This document shows, piece after piece, positions 36,420-48,462 of a stretch of 64,000 nt of DNA. The position numbers were made by a program, and so were the translations under genes. Within the stretch, counting starts at the first letter, position 1. Every line of letters begins with the position of its first letter. The notes beneath the pieces are model-generated. The model was not told where the DNA came from. It saw only the letters and a program-made list of their open reading frames with translations, and made no database searches. The DNA comes from Cirrosporium novae-zelandiae (taxonomy: Eukaryota): the NCBI GenBank assembly GCA_026023565.1, contig JAPETS010000015.1, forward strand, positions 186,001 to 250,000. The letters run 5' to 3'.

Positions 36420-39400
36420 CTGTTACCGTTCCCTGCATCTGCATCTGCAATCTGCATCCCTATCTGCGCATTAATTTTTTTGTGCCGAAGCCGCTGTCAA
36501 TCATCCTGAGGAAAGCTGAACGATTGTTGGATCACCAAATATTAGACATTCCGCCAGTTGGTTGATCACCGCATCATCTCCGCTCCATTGGTGCTCTCTC
36601 TCTTCCACCAGCCGTCAGTTTTTTCCTGTTCAAGGACTTCCAAGGACCCAAAGACCCAAGGGACAACCACTTCCACTTCCATCTCCACTTCCACCTCTAC
36701 CTCCACCACCATACCAAATACCAGACACCACCAACACTACCGCCCTCATCATCGTCATCATCATACCAAACATCCAAGACACCAAGAGACATAGGTCATC
36801 CTACCGCTTGTGCTTGTCACGTTTTGCCCAGTTAGTTAGTACTTAGGTGAAGATTGTTCCTCCATCAGTCCTCCAATTTTCCAGCACGGACCAAAAATTA
36901 TATATCTTCGCTTCTTCTGGATAAAAGAGTTGAGTTGATCAAAGATTTTCCACTTTCTCTCCGCTCTGCCAAGATCGACATCCGAATAGTTAATCCGCCA
37001 GGGTTATTATTTATCGGTTGATCATTTCTTCCAAGGACCCCTCCAAGCACTTGGGTTAGTTTCCAGCCTATTTGTCACTAGTAGCAAAAGACTACTCTGG
37101 TCAAATTATATCATCATCTTATCTCTCTGGAGAAATACCCGTTGGCAACCAATCGATCAATTAATCCGCCGGCATCATATCGGATTGTCATCTCCTCGGT
37201 TCTTGGACCCGAGGCTTCTCTTGGCTCCTAGTTCTCTCTCTCTGCCTCTCTCTATTTTCTCTTTTTCACTCCTTGGTGTGTCTGGGGGCCATTTACGTTT
37301 AAGCGTGTAAGTATTGCACCATGATCTTCAATACTAAGGTGGAAGTCGCATAAAGCTGCAAGCCTGGTGGCTGTTGTTTCTTTTGCAAGCGAACGAATGC
37401 CAATTATAGAGATAGATACGATAGGATCCCTCGAGTAGAAAGCCGCCTTACCACGCAAATCCTTGAACCAGACAGTAATTCCCATTTGACCCGATTATCC
37501 TCGAAAACCAATTCAACTCGCCGATTACTTGTCTCCCAGGCGTCCCAGCCAAAGCTTGGAATCCACTTTGCTAGAAAACCATTTTCTGCCACCATTTTGC
37601 CAATTCTGCAACTGTCCAGGGTAACGCCATTTACTTAAATTTGCTTTAAAATCCACCAAGTCCACCGAACGGTTTTCTAGCGAGTAAGAGAAGAGGGAAG
37701 CGCAATAAGCAGAAGCGCAAAAAGCACCCAAGTCCCAAGTACCAAACCACCAAAGCACCAAGCCAACGCCAAACCAACCAAGACCAGCAAGCAAGTAGTA
37801 AGTAAAGTGAGCAACCACAAATCCTTTCACCCCCCAAAAAATCCAATCAAAAAAAAAATAAAAAAAATAAAAAATAAAAAAAAATACTCCCAAATCCCCC
37901 TCCCCCCCTCAATTCCCCCCACCGAATTCTTTCCCCCGAATTCAACCCCAACTTGGCTTCTTTTCTCCCCCTCATCTTCCCCCCACCGCGCCGTCGTCAT
38001 ACCTTTACTTCCTTTCTCATCCTTCTTATGAAATCTTCTACCGAACCTTCCATCTAGAACTTATCCTCACCGCCGCTCTCACCGCCCGCTTTAAGCTGAC
38101 CGACATACTTCTTTTAGGTCACTAAAACTACCAATCGATCTCTGCGCCCGCCTGCGTCGCATTATCCTCGCCCGGTTTACTTTGAACCCTTCTTTTCACC
38201 ACCGACCATCATCAACACACACACAATTACAACCTCTTCTTTTTCATCTTCATCTGCGACCTCAATTTTCAAAGAAAGATTGAACCGCATCGCTATTCCG
38301 CTTCAATCCAGAGTACCCCGCAGTTGAGAACTCGTCTCTGGACAACTCTACACTCTCAACCGTCGAGGCATACTGTCAGTGCGAACTTTTTTCCCTGTGC
38401 GGAATAGGACAGAATCCCGATTCAGTCCACGTACCAATCATTCCTTTGCGACACAAGGAACCCTCAATACCATCAACGCCACGAATCCGCATATAGTATC
38501 ACCGGTAACCTGCAGTTACCCACCTTCTGTCTATCACATACTTGAACTTGAAAAAGGTATGTAGGGATCTTTCATTTGCAAATCTGCCGGGGATGAAGGG
38601 TTGGGAGAGGGACACAATATCAAGTACATGCTTTGCTGGTCAGGAATCATGGCTGCGGGAAGGCTTCAACAGTCATTCTTCTCTATCCTACTTCCACCCC
38701 TCCGGCTATGCCGCTACTACCTGTTTGTCAATCCTTGTTCTCCGTCGGCTCTTCAACAGCCCGGCTCGCATTGAGATTGGTATTCATGCGAGAAGAGCCA
38801 TGACATTGTATAATTGCCGTTCTTTATGCATTCTCCCGTTTGGCCTAGATCAAAGCGTCGCTCGTTGTATAGTTCGTGGTGTTAATACTGACTCTCCTTC
38901 CTGCTCCAGATCCGCAATCAAGTCTCCGAAGATAGTCTGATAAATACAACGTTGAAAAGAGCTCCAAACGAAGTCGATACAATTGATATTGGCCATTGTT
39001 GGTTATTTTGGAGATTGGCCTTGATCCGTCCCACTCGGTTTCGGCTCTAGCAAACATCGAACATCATTGGTCGCTCAGCCACACTTTGCGACTGGCACTC
39101 GTACCATTTGTCGATTGTTGGACCTTTGACTGTTAACGTCTAATCCTTTCCATCCTTGGCCATCTTTTTTAAGACTAGCCACAGCTTGCCTTCCCCGCAG
39201 AAACCTGCTCCATCCAAAGTAGGCATCACAAAACTTGCAAACACCAATTTTTCAGCATCTACACTCCGAATGCAAGCATTGACTGCACACGCAATACAAG
39301 AATCTTTGTCTTCATTCGGATAGCCTCTTCACTGTTGGTTCCACCACAATATCGCGATACCACTAGACCTTTTCTAGGTAGCATTCCCTTCGAAACGGGT

Positions 39401-39855
39401 GGTTCACCTCCAACTACAACGATTTTAGCCATCTTCTTATTTTGTCGAACCGTCCAAAATTATTCGTACTTTGTCGCATAGACCAAACCCGCGCGAGCCA
39501 AGACTTCGCCGAGGGTAACGACCGTCTGACTGGATTAATTAAGCGGATGTTCAAGGCACACTGCCTTTTCGACAGTGATGCAAATAACCTGTATGTGCCT
39601 ACGATTCACTCTCTAGTTTCATTGAATTTCCGCTGTCTTTTGTTTTTGCGTTAGCCCTGATTTTTCATTCACTCTTGCTATTGATGCGACAAATCAAATT
39701 TCATCCTAGCTTGCTGCTTCCATTCAATGGCCAAACTTATGCACCCGCGATGTCACATTTGCGGTGCTCTGTGAATGACTATGGGGCTGACAATGCATTA
39801 TCAAACTTGCCCTTCTTTAGGCAACGATCCTTTCGATCAACGTTTCGCTTCCATC
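36420..39855 (+). promoter_or_regulatory. Putative long spliced 5' leader of the bHLH gene, with uORFs
   Basis: Candidate introns 37307-38117, 38557-38909 and 39591-39820 (GTAAGT/GTATGT donors, CTGAC branch points, YAG acceptors). No ATG in 36294-37320 or 38118-38556; uORFs start at 39270 and 39547. Confidence 0.55.
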
Positions 39856-41631
39856 ATGACCTCTCACACTAAACTTCCAATCAACTCACATTTTTCCAAT
39901 CCGTCAAACCTGAACGAAGACTTTGATCTTTTCAACAACAGCGGTAACTTAGCTGGAACAGGAGACTCGAGTCCATTTATCAAAGACGAGCCCGACGATA
40001 GTGGCTTCAACCCGAACCGATTCTCGGACAATCAACATTTGTACGACATGAACTCCCACCAGTTTGGGCAGAACTTCAACCAGGGCATAGATCCCTCCGA
40101 ACTCACCATGCAGAACGACTACCCTTTTGGTTCGCAACACAATATGACTTCAAGCTTCCACATGGGTAACTCTGGCGTCATTGGCGATGACGAACTAATT
40201 GACCTGGATCTCAACGGTCAGCAAGGAAACCAAAATGGAATGAACGGTTACAATAATGAGATAAACATGCAACGAAATGACACAGGCATGACGAGCTATT
40301 TCCCTAACCAAGGCCAACCTACCGGCATGGATATGAGCCAGCAAAATCGCATGACTCATATGTACTCTAACACGCCAGAGGGTGCTCCTATCCAGAGCCC
40401 ATTTGTACATGGCTTTAACTACGAACAGTTCCGATCTCTTCCATCACAACAGCTTCCTCAACATGCCTCTCCCCAAATGCGACCAAGTTCGGGGCAACGT
40501 ATTGGCTCGTTTGAGAATAGCTATATGTCTAAACCCCGACCAGCTGTTCCCCAGAACCTAGACAGGAAGTTATCCGATTCAAGAAGTCCCATGACTCCTA
40601 AAACTCCAGCTCTGGCCGGTCTACATCTTGGAACCCCCGATTCCACTAGCTTCCAGTCACAGCCAATCCAAACTATGCAACATCGACACCAAAAGAGTCT
40701 ATCAAACCAATGGGACAGCAACCCTGGCAGCCTCCATTCCTATGTTGAATCTCCAATCTCATCGCCGGGTCATCCTTCTCACCATGCTCAAATCTCTGAA
40801 GTCATCAAATCCGGCAAACATGCTTCACTCCCTGCCAAGGTCGATATTGGACCAGGTCACGGAACTACTCAGACACAAGAAGCAAAACGACGAAGGCGCC
40901 GAGAATCCCATAATCTAGTTGAAAGACGTCGTAGGGATAACATCAACGAGCGTATCCAAGATCTTTCCCGGCTAGTGCCCCAGCATCGTCTCGAAGATGA
41001 GAAGGTTCGTAAGCATCTTGCCAACAATTCTCCCATCTCTCCTACGATTGGTGCCACCTCGATAAGCCCTCCTCAGGCTACATCGCTATTGGCCGGTGGA
41101 ACCGGACGCCGTGCCACTGGTAATATCACCATGGGCATTCCAATCGAGGAAAAGGAGAAAGGCCCCAACAAAGGTGACATCCTGAATGGAGCTGTTGGTT
41201 GGACTCGCGACCTCATGTGGGCTCTCTACCAAAGTCTACAGCGAGAATCCGATCTTGTCCAGTATCTCTCAGACAACGGTCTCTCCTGGCCTTACGAACA
41301 GTCTGAAGAAGAGAAGCGCATGCGCACTGAACTTTTCGATGCCATGGAAAAGAATGATCCCGCTACTTTTGCATATTCCCGAGCTCCAGGATCCGGACTC
41401 AGAGTTCCAAAACACACCAATATTGCCGGAGAAAGTGTCAATCCTCCAACTGGAACACTTAGCCCCCAAAGCCTGAGCCCCGCGTTCCAGAGTGGAGGCA
41501 GCGGTACCAATAGTGGAAGTACTGGAGTGCAACAACAACCACAATTTTGGGGAGGAGGTGGGAGTGGCCATGCTGCTATTAGCTTCAAGGAAGAAGATGA
41601 GGAGCTAGCGGACCAGTTCATGGAAACATAA
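39856..41631 (+). CDS. bHLH transcription factor (Rtg3/MiT-TFE/USF-like)
   Basis: KRRRRRESHNLVERRRRDNINERIQDLSRLVP..PNKGDILNGAVGW. The ORF-track ATG at 39775 lies inside a predicted intron; the real start is 39856 or the spliced in-frame ATG at 39578. Confidence 0.9.
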   Translation: MTSHTKLPINSHFSNPSNLNEDFDLFNNSGNLAGTGDSSPFIKDEPDDSGFNPNRFSDNQHLYDMNSHQFGQNFNQGIDPSELTMQNDYPFGSQHNMTSSFHMGNSGVIGDDELIDLDLNGQQGNQNGMNGYNNEINMQRNDTGMTSYFPNQGQPTGMDMSQQNRMTHMYSNTPEGAPIQSPFVHGFNYEQFRSLPSQQLPQHASPQMRPSSGQRIGSFENSYMSKPRPAVPQNLDRKLSDSRSPMTPKTPALAGLHLGTPDSTSFQSQPIQTMQHRHQKSLSNQWDSNPGSLHSYVESPISSPGHPSHHAQISEVIKSGKHASLPAKVDIGPGHGTTQTQEAKRRRRRESHNLVERRRRDNINERIQDLSRLVPQHRLEDEKVRKHLANNSPISPTIGATSISPPQATSLLAGGTGRRATGNITMGIPIEEKEKGPNKGDILNGAVGWTRDLMWALYQSLQRESDLVQYLSDNGLSWPYEQSEEEKRMRTELFDAMEKNDPATFAYSRAPGSGLRVPKHTNIAGESVNPPTGTLSPQSLSPAFQSGGSGTNSGSTGVQQQPQFWGGGGSGHAAISFKEEDEELADQFMET

Positions 41632-43009
41632 ACTGTCTGTCTTGACGAGGAATGACTTGCATATTCATTGGCGTCTTTGAGATGGCTGGGAATGCCGTTT
41701 GATTGGGGTTAGAGGCGCAATGGGAAGCTTATCCCTGGAATGCGGGATTTGCTTATACGACAATCTTTGACTGGGTGGATGACATAGTACAGATATGGAT
41801 ACGGCGTGGTTATGGGTCATCTGTCATCTGGCCTTTGATGATGATATTGCTACTCGGCATTCATTTGGTGGGTGTTTGAGATTGGGATTCCGCTATGGTT
41901 CTTTGATGCAACGGAACAGTACATGATTTGGAGTTAGGGTATCAATGATTTTTTCTTTCTTTTTGCGTCCGAACTTTCGGAATTGATGGCATCTGGACAG
42001 GCTTTGGGGGACCAATCCGACGGGCGTATATGGCTTTTTTGGATGATGGGTGGTGAAGATGAATGGCTGTTAATTCCCCATAACGCTAGTTCTATTGCTT
42101 TTGATCTACATATCCCACGGCATACTTGCATATTTGCATACTTTAACTAATAGCTCATCAAATTTCAACTGCATTACTGATTTCATCAGGCTTATATTTT
42201 GTACTTAATTTCCCCTGCATGTAACCTTATTACAAGTAGGCCCACTCCACCAGAGGCGAGCATCTATGATGCAAGGGATTTCTTTGATGTTGACCGATAC
42301 CGGATGTTTAATATCTCTAGAATGCTTGGGCCAACAGTTCCTCCTGGTGACTGACTATCTGCTCCTTGCCTTGACAAAAATGTAGCGCAAGACAAACTCT
42401 AACAGGTACAGGAGTAGGATGAAGCCATGGTTGGGAACTGATGCTCCTGGGAACTCTCATTGTTCTTCTTGTAACATAAAAAAGTAATGAATATGTTGAA
42501 TCAGATGTAACATTCCCTATATGAAAGAAGAATCATGTTCGAAAAGTGAATGTACCGTAGAGAGAGCACAGGCAGTATCGAACTTAGTAAAGAAGGAAGC
42601 AACAAGCAATACGGCCACCGATACAAAAGTGAGGTGAGATGGATACAATTTTGGTCAACACCTTACTTTCCTCTGGTGACATTTCCTGAGTGAATACTTG
42701 ACTATTTCATCATTTTCGACAAAGTGTATACCTAAGTAACTAAGCATCACTTGCATCACTCGCATCATTCTCTTATTCTAACTTCTACTGCTCGCTCTCC
42801 TGTTACGGTTAACTGCGGACCCATTATTCGCTTACCGGAAGCACGTGCCAATCATGACTATCGAATATCATTTAGTCGCTTTTGAATACTCCGTTATCGA
42901 AGCATCCAAAGCACAAGACGCTCGCATTGAAAAAGCCCAGAACGACCTTCGTGCAGAAGCTGTCGCTCTCATTCAAGCACACAAGGATTCCGCCAAAAGC
43001 AATGCAACA

Positions 43010-43538
43010 ATGAGTTTCGGTGCTCCAGGTGGAGGTGCTGTTTCTGCCAAACCCGTTCCGTCTGTCTCTCCAGTTCTTCCTTTGGTGGTTCGGCCATGCT
43101 CGATGTCGCCCTTTTTTACTAATTATTATACTATCACAGTCCCGAGCGTGGCAGCTTTCCTCTGGATCATGATGGTATGCCCTCACTAACACCCCTCTCT
43201 CCCAACTCGGCGACCGTTGACCCGTCGGCGGAGACCTGACTAATTACTCTGCGTTATGCAGGAGAATGCAAGCCCATCATGGCCGATTATCTCCGGTGTC
43301 TTAGACGTGTGAGGGGTATCAACGATGAGGAATGCCGCTTGTTGGCCAAGGGCTACCTGAAATGTCGAATGGAGCGGTAGGTCATGTCTTGCCATCTATG
43401 AATAGTTACATCAGGCTAATATTGGTTTCTTCTCTTAGCAATTTGATGGCACCCGACTCGATGAAGAACCTAGGTTTTACTGATGATGACAAATCTTCTC
43501 CCAAGCACGATCAAGCTGGAGGCATGAAAAAGCTCTAA
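43010..43538 (+). CDS. COX19: Cytochrome c oxidase assembly protein, twin CX9C
   Basis: Exons 43010-43059, 43140-43174, 43262-43376, 43439-43538: [56 protein letters not shown]..NLGF. Confidence 0.95.
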
Positions 43539-44094
43539 CATTCCACCTACATCTGTGACCGACAGGCTAGTGGGCTAGGGGCATCTTCGGGATATTTTCG
43601 ACGACGATGCTACGCGCTAGCTCAATAATTGTAGTTCACTTATAGGGTGTATATATTATATTAGGGGTTCCATTCCTGTTTCGAGATGGATTGGAGGATA
43701 GTTGAACAAAAAATACAGCAATGGTTACCGGGCTCATTATGAGATGGCGTTTCATTGATACCCCGGGCATGAATTGCTTGCATCTGTATAATACAAAGAA
43801 GACCTGTACATTTGTGCATTCCAAACATCTCCGCTCCAAGGTTTTATCTCATAGTCAAGCTCTCATGGTAGCGAGACCAATTGATGGCATACTTGCAAGT
43901 GCGATTTAGCCCCAATCTGGGGATTAAAGATGTTTCTAAGTAAAATAAAGTAATCTCCTCTGTGGTCTTATAAAATTATATGGTCTAGTTTACAGCTCTG
44001 TATTTCGTGGAGATGATGCGACATTCATAGCGTCCTTGGGCCTTGAGCATCTTCATCAGCTCTTATCTTGTAGCCGAAAGCAACAACCGTCAAA

Positions 44095-46369
44095 ATGTCT
44101 ACCCCACTTCTTCCCCCGAACCCATGCTTGATAGCTATATTATTTGTGGTACAGTCTCGGAGTGGACCTCGCTTTGTTTTTCATTATCCGCCCCAAGCTC
44201 CAGAGAACGATTTAACCTCGAATAGCCATCACAAGAAACGTGCGCATCACACGACTGTAGACGACACCTCTACCTCGGAAAGCAACAGTAGCGATGAGTT
44301 CGATGACTACGATGATATGCTTTCGCCCCCTTCCAAACCAGTTGAAATTAATAGCGACACCGCATCATCCGCGAGACGTGCTCAGAAGAAAGCACAGGAC
44401 CCAGGAGAAGACGAGGACGAGGAGGAAGAAGCCCGTCGCAATGGGAAGAGAGAGGAACAGATGAAACCTGCCTGGGAAACAGTGCTGGGTTTCAGCTCAG
44501 ATGGCCTGGGAAGGATGCTATGTCCATCTAGAGAATACCAAAAGCGACGCTTTGAACTTATGATGGGGCCGCTGGTATTCTTGGGTTGGCCTGTCTTTAT
44601 GCGACCGGATGGAACCTGGCAAAAGAAGCGGAAGAGCAGAAAATCTAAATCTAGCAGACGGCAATCTGCGGGGGATAGAAAAGAAGATGAGTCGAAGATT
44701 TCCAGCGAAGATGAGGTAGTTGGGGATGTTGATATCAACGAGAAGCTGGGTGAGACCACCGAAACCGAGGTATCTGATGATAATACAACAAAACCGGAGG
44801 ATCAAGAAAGCAATGGTGCTCCTAGCGAGGCATCTTCGACAGACTCGAAGAAAGACTCAATGACCATGTTTCACGTCGTGTTCGTGCTTGATCCTCCCAT
44901 CCTAGAATACACCACTCGAGTAAAGGAAATGTATCATCATGTGGTGAAGAAATTTTCGAGGGGATTGAAATGGGAGCAAGCTCGTTCAAATTATGTGTGG
45001 AAGGAAGTCAGATCTATTCTTGCCATCAAGGAGAAAGCAAAGGAGAACAGTGAGTATTTTGGGATATACCTCGGTCGAGCTAGGTACTGACCTCTACGCA
45101 GAAACGGCTATGAATGCTCTCTATGCCAATCTTCTTGCTCGTTCTACGCTCGCCCGTGCTGTTGCCTCCGTTTATGCTTCCATTTCAACATCAAGGATTG
45201 CTTCTGCGAGTCTTACTCCCACGCTCAGTCTTTCTCTTCAAATTCCCCTGCAAACTTCAATCCGGACCGTACCTCTACTAACACAACCTCAATTCCCTGG
45301 ACTATGGCTCACAACCGCTGAGCCTACTCTTCCGGATGACCCTCATTCATCTCCTCATCAACTTCCCTCCAAATCATTCGCGCTTCTACTTTTAGATAAT
45401 AAAAACTCTATACTCAGAGACCTCTCTCCGTCTCCCTCAGCTGCAACGGATCCCTTTATTACTGCCATGACTAAATACATAACCTTGACCACGCCCACTA
45501 AATCATTTGCCCAAATTTCAGTACTTTCATCTCTTCCTCTCCAAACAATTCAGCACCTAGCAGCCCATTTAATCTACTGGCGTCGAGCGCGTGCAATTCC
45601 ACCTCTACATCAGAGAGATATATATATTGTCTCTCCAAATGCGGATCTCGGCGCTCTCTCCCAAGCTATACCGGCGTATTCTAGTCAATTTCCTACGCTA
45701 CCATCCTTAACCAAGATGCTTTCTTCGTTAAGTGGAATACCAAGGCCTTACGGCGGATTAATTCCAAGTAAGGATCACAAAGAGGTCTATTTCGAGATCC
45801 TTGCATGGCTATTAAGGGGCGGGTGGGTGACCCAACTACGAACCTTTGGGTGGGTGAAAGTGAGTGCCGAGATCAAGGCGGAAGTGGCAAGAGACATGGA
45901 GGAGGAAAAGAGAGAGAAAGATCGATTAAAAAGTTCAACTGGAGATATCTCTATCACAGTCACGGAGTCAACGCCTTTATCTTCCCCACCGGCCATTATC
46001 ACAGCCGCAGACACCCATTCCTCTACCTTTCTCAAACCTGATGACCACTCAAGCCGCCCATCTACTCCTAGTACATCCTCAACCGTTCTCCCCTTTCCAC
46101 CTCACCTCTCTCCCTCCAATTTTACTACCACGCTTCTTCCATCCCCACATCGCGCTAACAATCTTGAATCGCGATGGATATCGAAAATTGGCTCCCACTT
46201 CACCAGCGAGGAAGCAAGAAATTACTGGCCGAATTTCGTCAAGTACTTTAATGGAAGTGATGCACTTGAGAAGATTGCTGTACGGGAGGGGTTGAAGAGA
46301 AAGCTAGTGTGGGGTTTATTGCAGGAGATGAGGAAGGAGGGGGGGCTGGTTATTGGCAGGCATTGGTAG
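44095..46369 (+). CDS. NPR3: Nitrogen permease regulator 3 (SEACIT/GATOR1 subunit)
   Basis: PNPCLIAILFVVQSRSGPRFVFHYPP, FHVVFVL.P, EQARSNYV, HLIYWRRARAIPPLH.RD.YIVSPN, YFNG..ALEKIA.REG; intron 45050-45101. Confidence 0.93.
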
Positions 46370-47394
46370 GATGATAAAATCTCGGGCCATTAATATTGAG
46401 CCCCTACAAGTACACTTATGTTCATTTTCCCCGGGGGCTTCAGCGTTTCACACGCAAAACTTGATTTCCATTGGAAGATGGGTTCAACCAATGATCCGTT
46501 TTGCTTGAAAACTTACCTCATATAGATTGGTTATAGATGGTTAAATCCCGTCGCTTTGACACCCGCTAATGTCCTAGACGCTTGGTTTATTAAAGGGATA
46601 AATGCTTATGAGTACTGTACCACTTTACTTTCTATATCCTAGGGCATATTGAACTTCTTTTATCGTGCGGTGCCACGCTATTCAACCTTATGAAGGAGAC
46701 TCAGACCGATCTGTGGCTTAGAAAGGCTTCTAGAAAGTGGAGACAGCTTACATATATTGTACTTTCTATATTGCATTGCTGATCACTGTTCAAGGTAACT
46801 GGAACGTCATTTGTGTCACCTATATACTGGAATATGTCATCTGTCTATCAGTTCCTAAATAGCATGTGCCCAAGACTCTTCGACTTTAACGAAGATAAGA
46901 CACAGTTCTATTAATAGTACCAAATATACATAACAGGTACAGATATATTTGGCACTAAAAGTTCGATATTGGACGATCCAGTTCACAATGCGGAAATCAA
47001 CATCTATCCTTTTTTTTGCATGTCTATGAGACGGACTATTTTACGAAGCCAACTATTTCGGCAGTTTTCATTTTGGCAGCCTTGAACTGAAATGAAGCCT
47101 GAAATAAATGGGGTTTCGTAGGAATCAATCCTGCGCATATGAGATATTGGGGAGGCTCCTCGCAAGTTGTCAGAGTGACTAATTCAGCAAAGAATTATTC
47201 ACACGCACGATGACCCTGCTAGCGGTGTTAAAATCATTCTCGCGTCCTCTTTCTCCAAAGGGAACTAAGCTACACTATTGCATATCTCAAGAAATCACAT
47301 CATCATCAGCAAGAGCGCTAGCAACTATATCCAGTTATTCCTCTGTTCTCAACTGCCACTATTCTATCTCCGTCACTCATTTCCAGCCTCCAAA

Positions 47395-48462
47395 ATGTGC
47401 ATCTGGTGGTTGTTTGACTGGTTTCACAAGACCCCATGCGCGGAATCCTGTTGCGGCGTTCTTTTCTGCGAACCATGTAATCGCCCTCGCCCAACATTCG
47501 ACTTCCCCACGGGGTACGTGCCTCACCATGATTCAGACTATGTCGATATGGATCCTAGGGTTCCACTTAAATATGGATCAAAGTTTTATTGGGATGGGCT
47601 TCAGTGGTTAGAGAATCCTGAGTGGCAGGGAAGAGGAAGCCAAGCTGGACAGGGAAGTAGAGTTGCCCAGAGTGGGTCAGTTGGTCATCATACGCAGACG
47701 GATGCAACCACAGCAAGAAGTAATCAAGCGCAGACAAGAAAAATGGGTGAGAGGAGTCATTTAAACCCCACTAGTATACACGATAGCCATATTTTGGCTC
47801 GTTCATCAACCAGACAAAGTTCCCATGCAGGGAATAGAGGCCAACCACGCTCCGCCAGTACGCACAGCCATGTTGCTTCAGTTCATCCATTACCCAAACC
47901 AAGCTCTCATGCCCAGAGCAGAAGTGAACAACATTCTGCCAGTATACACAACGGTGCTGCTTCAGTTCATTCACCAACTAGACAAAGTTCCCATGCCAGA
48001 AGTAGAAACCACAGCCAAACAAGCCGAGGTAACGAAAGGAGTCAACTCGACGCTAGATCTCTTTACGGTAGTAGTACGCATGCTAGATTGACAACCAGCG
48101 CTGGTGACGCCCCACCATCATCCCGATACTCCCAACAAAGCCTACGCTCAGAACGACAAAGCACTAGGTCTCGCGGCAGAGCTTCTTCAAGTCGACACGC
48201 TTCAAGTCACCACGCCCCCTCAAATACTTCGATCCCTAGCTTCCCTCCCCCCTCTTACGTGAACCTTGATCCTGCCAGAAGTAGTCGGGGAGTGGGTAGT
48301 AGAATGTCGAGGATCAGCGAGAGGAGTGAGAGGAGTGCAAGAAGCGGGAGGTCTGATGGGACTGGGGTGGTTAATGCAGGTGTGTTCACGCTGGGGGCTG
48401 ATCCTGTAGAGTCCAGACAGCCGTCCCAGAGGGAAAGTATGAGTTATCCAGGACATGGCTGA
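47395..48462 (+). CDS. Hypothetical protein: Cys/Trp-rich N-terminus and long Ser/Arg/His-rich repetitive tail
   Basis: 355-codon ORF starting in CAAAATG context; internal imperfect repeats (agacaaagttcccatgc at ~47812 and ~47980). No recognised domain. Confidence 0.55.
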   Translation: MCIWWLFDWFHKTPCAESCCGVLFCEPCNRPRPTFDFPTGYVPHHDSDYVDMDPRVPLKYGSKFYWDGLQWLENPEWQGRGSQAGQGSRVAQSGSVGHHTQTDATTARSNQAQTRKMGERSHLNPTSIHDSHILARSSTRQSSHAGNRGQPRSASTHSHVASVHPLPKPSSHAQSRSEQHSASIHNGAASVHSPTRQSSHARSRNHSQTSRGNERSQLDARSLYGSSTHARLTTSAGDAPPSSRYSQQSLRSERQSTRSRGRASSSRHASSHHAPSNTSIPSFPPPSYVNLDPARSSRGVGSRMSRISERSERSARSGRSDGTGVVNAGVFTLGADPVESRQPSQRESMSYPGHG

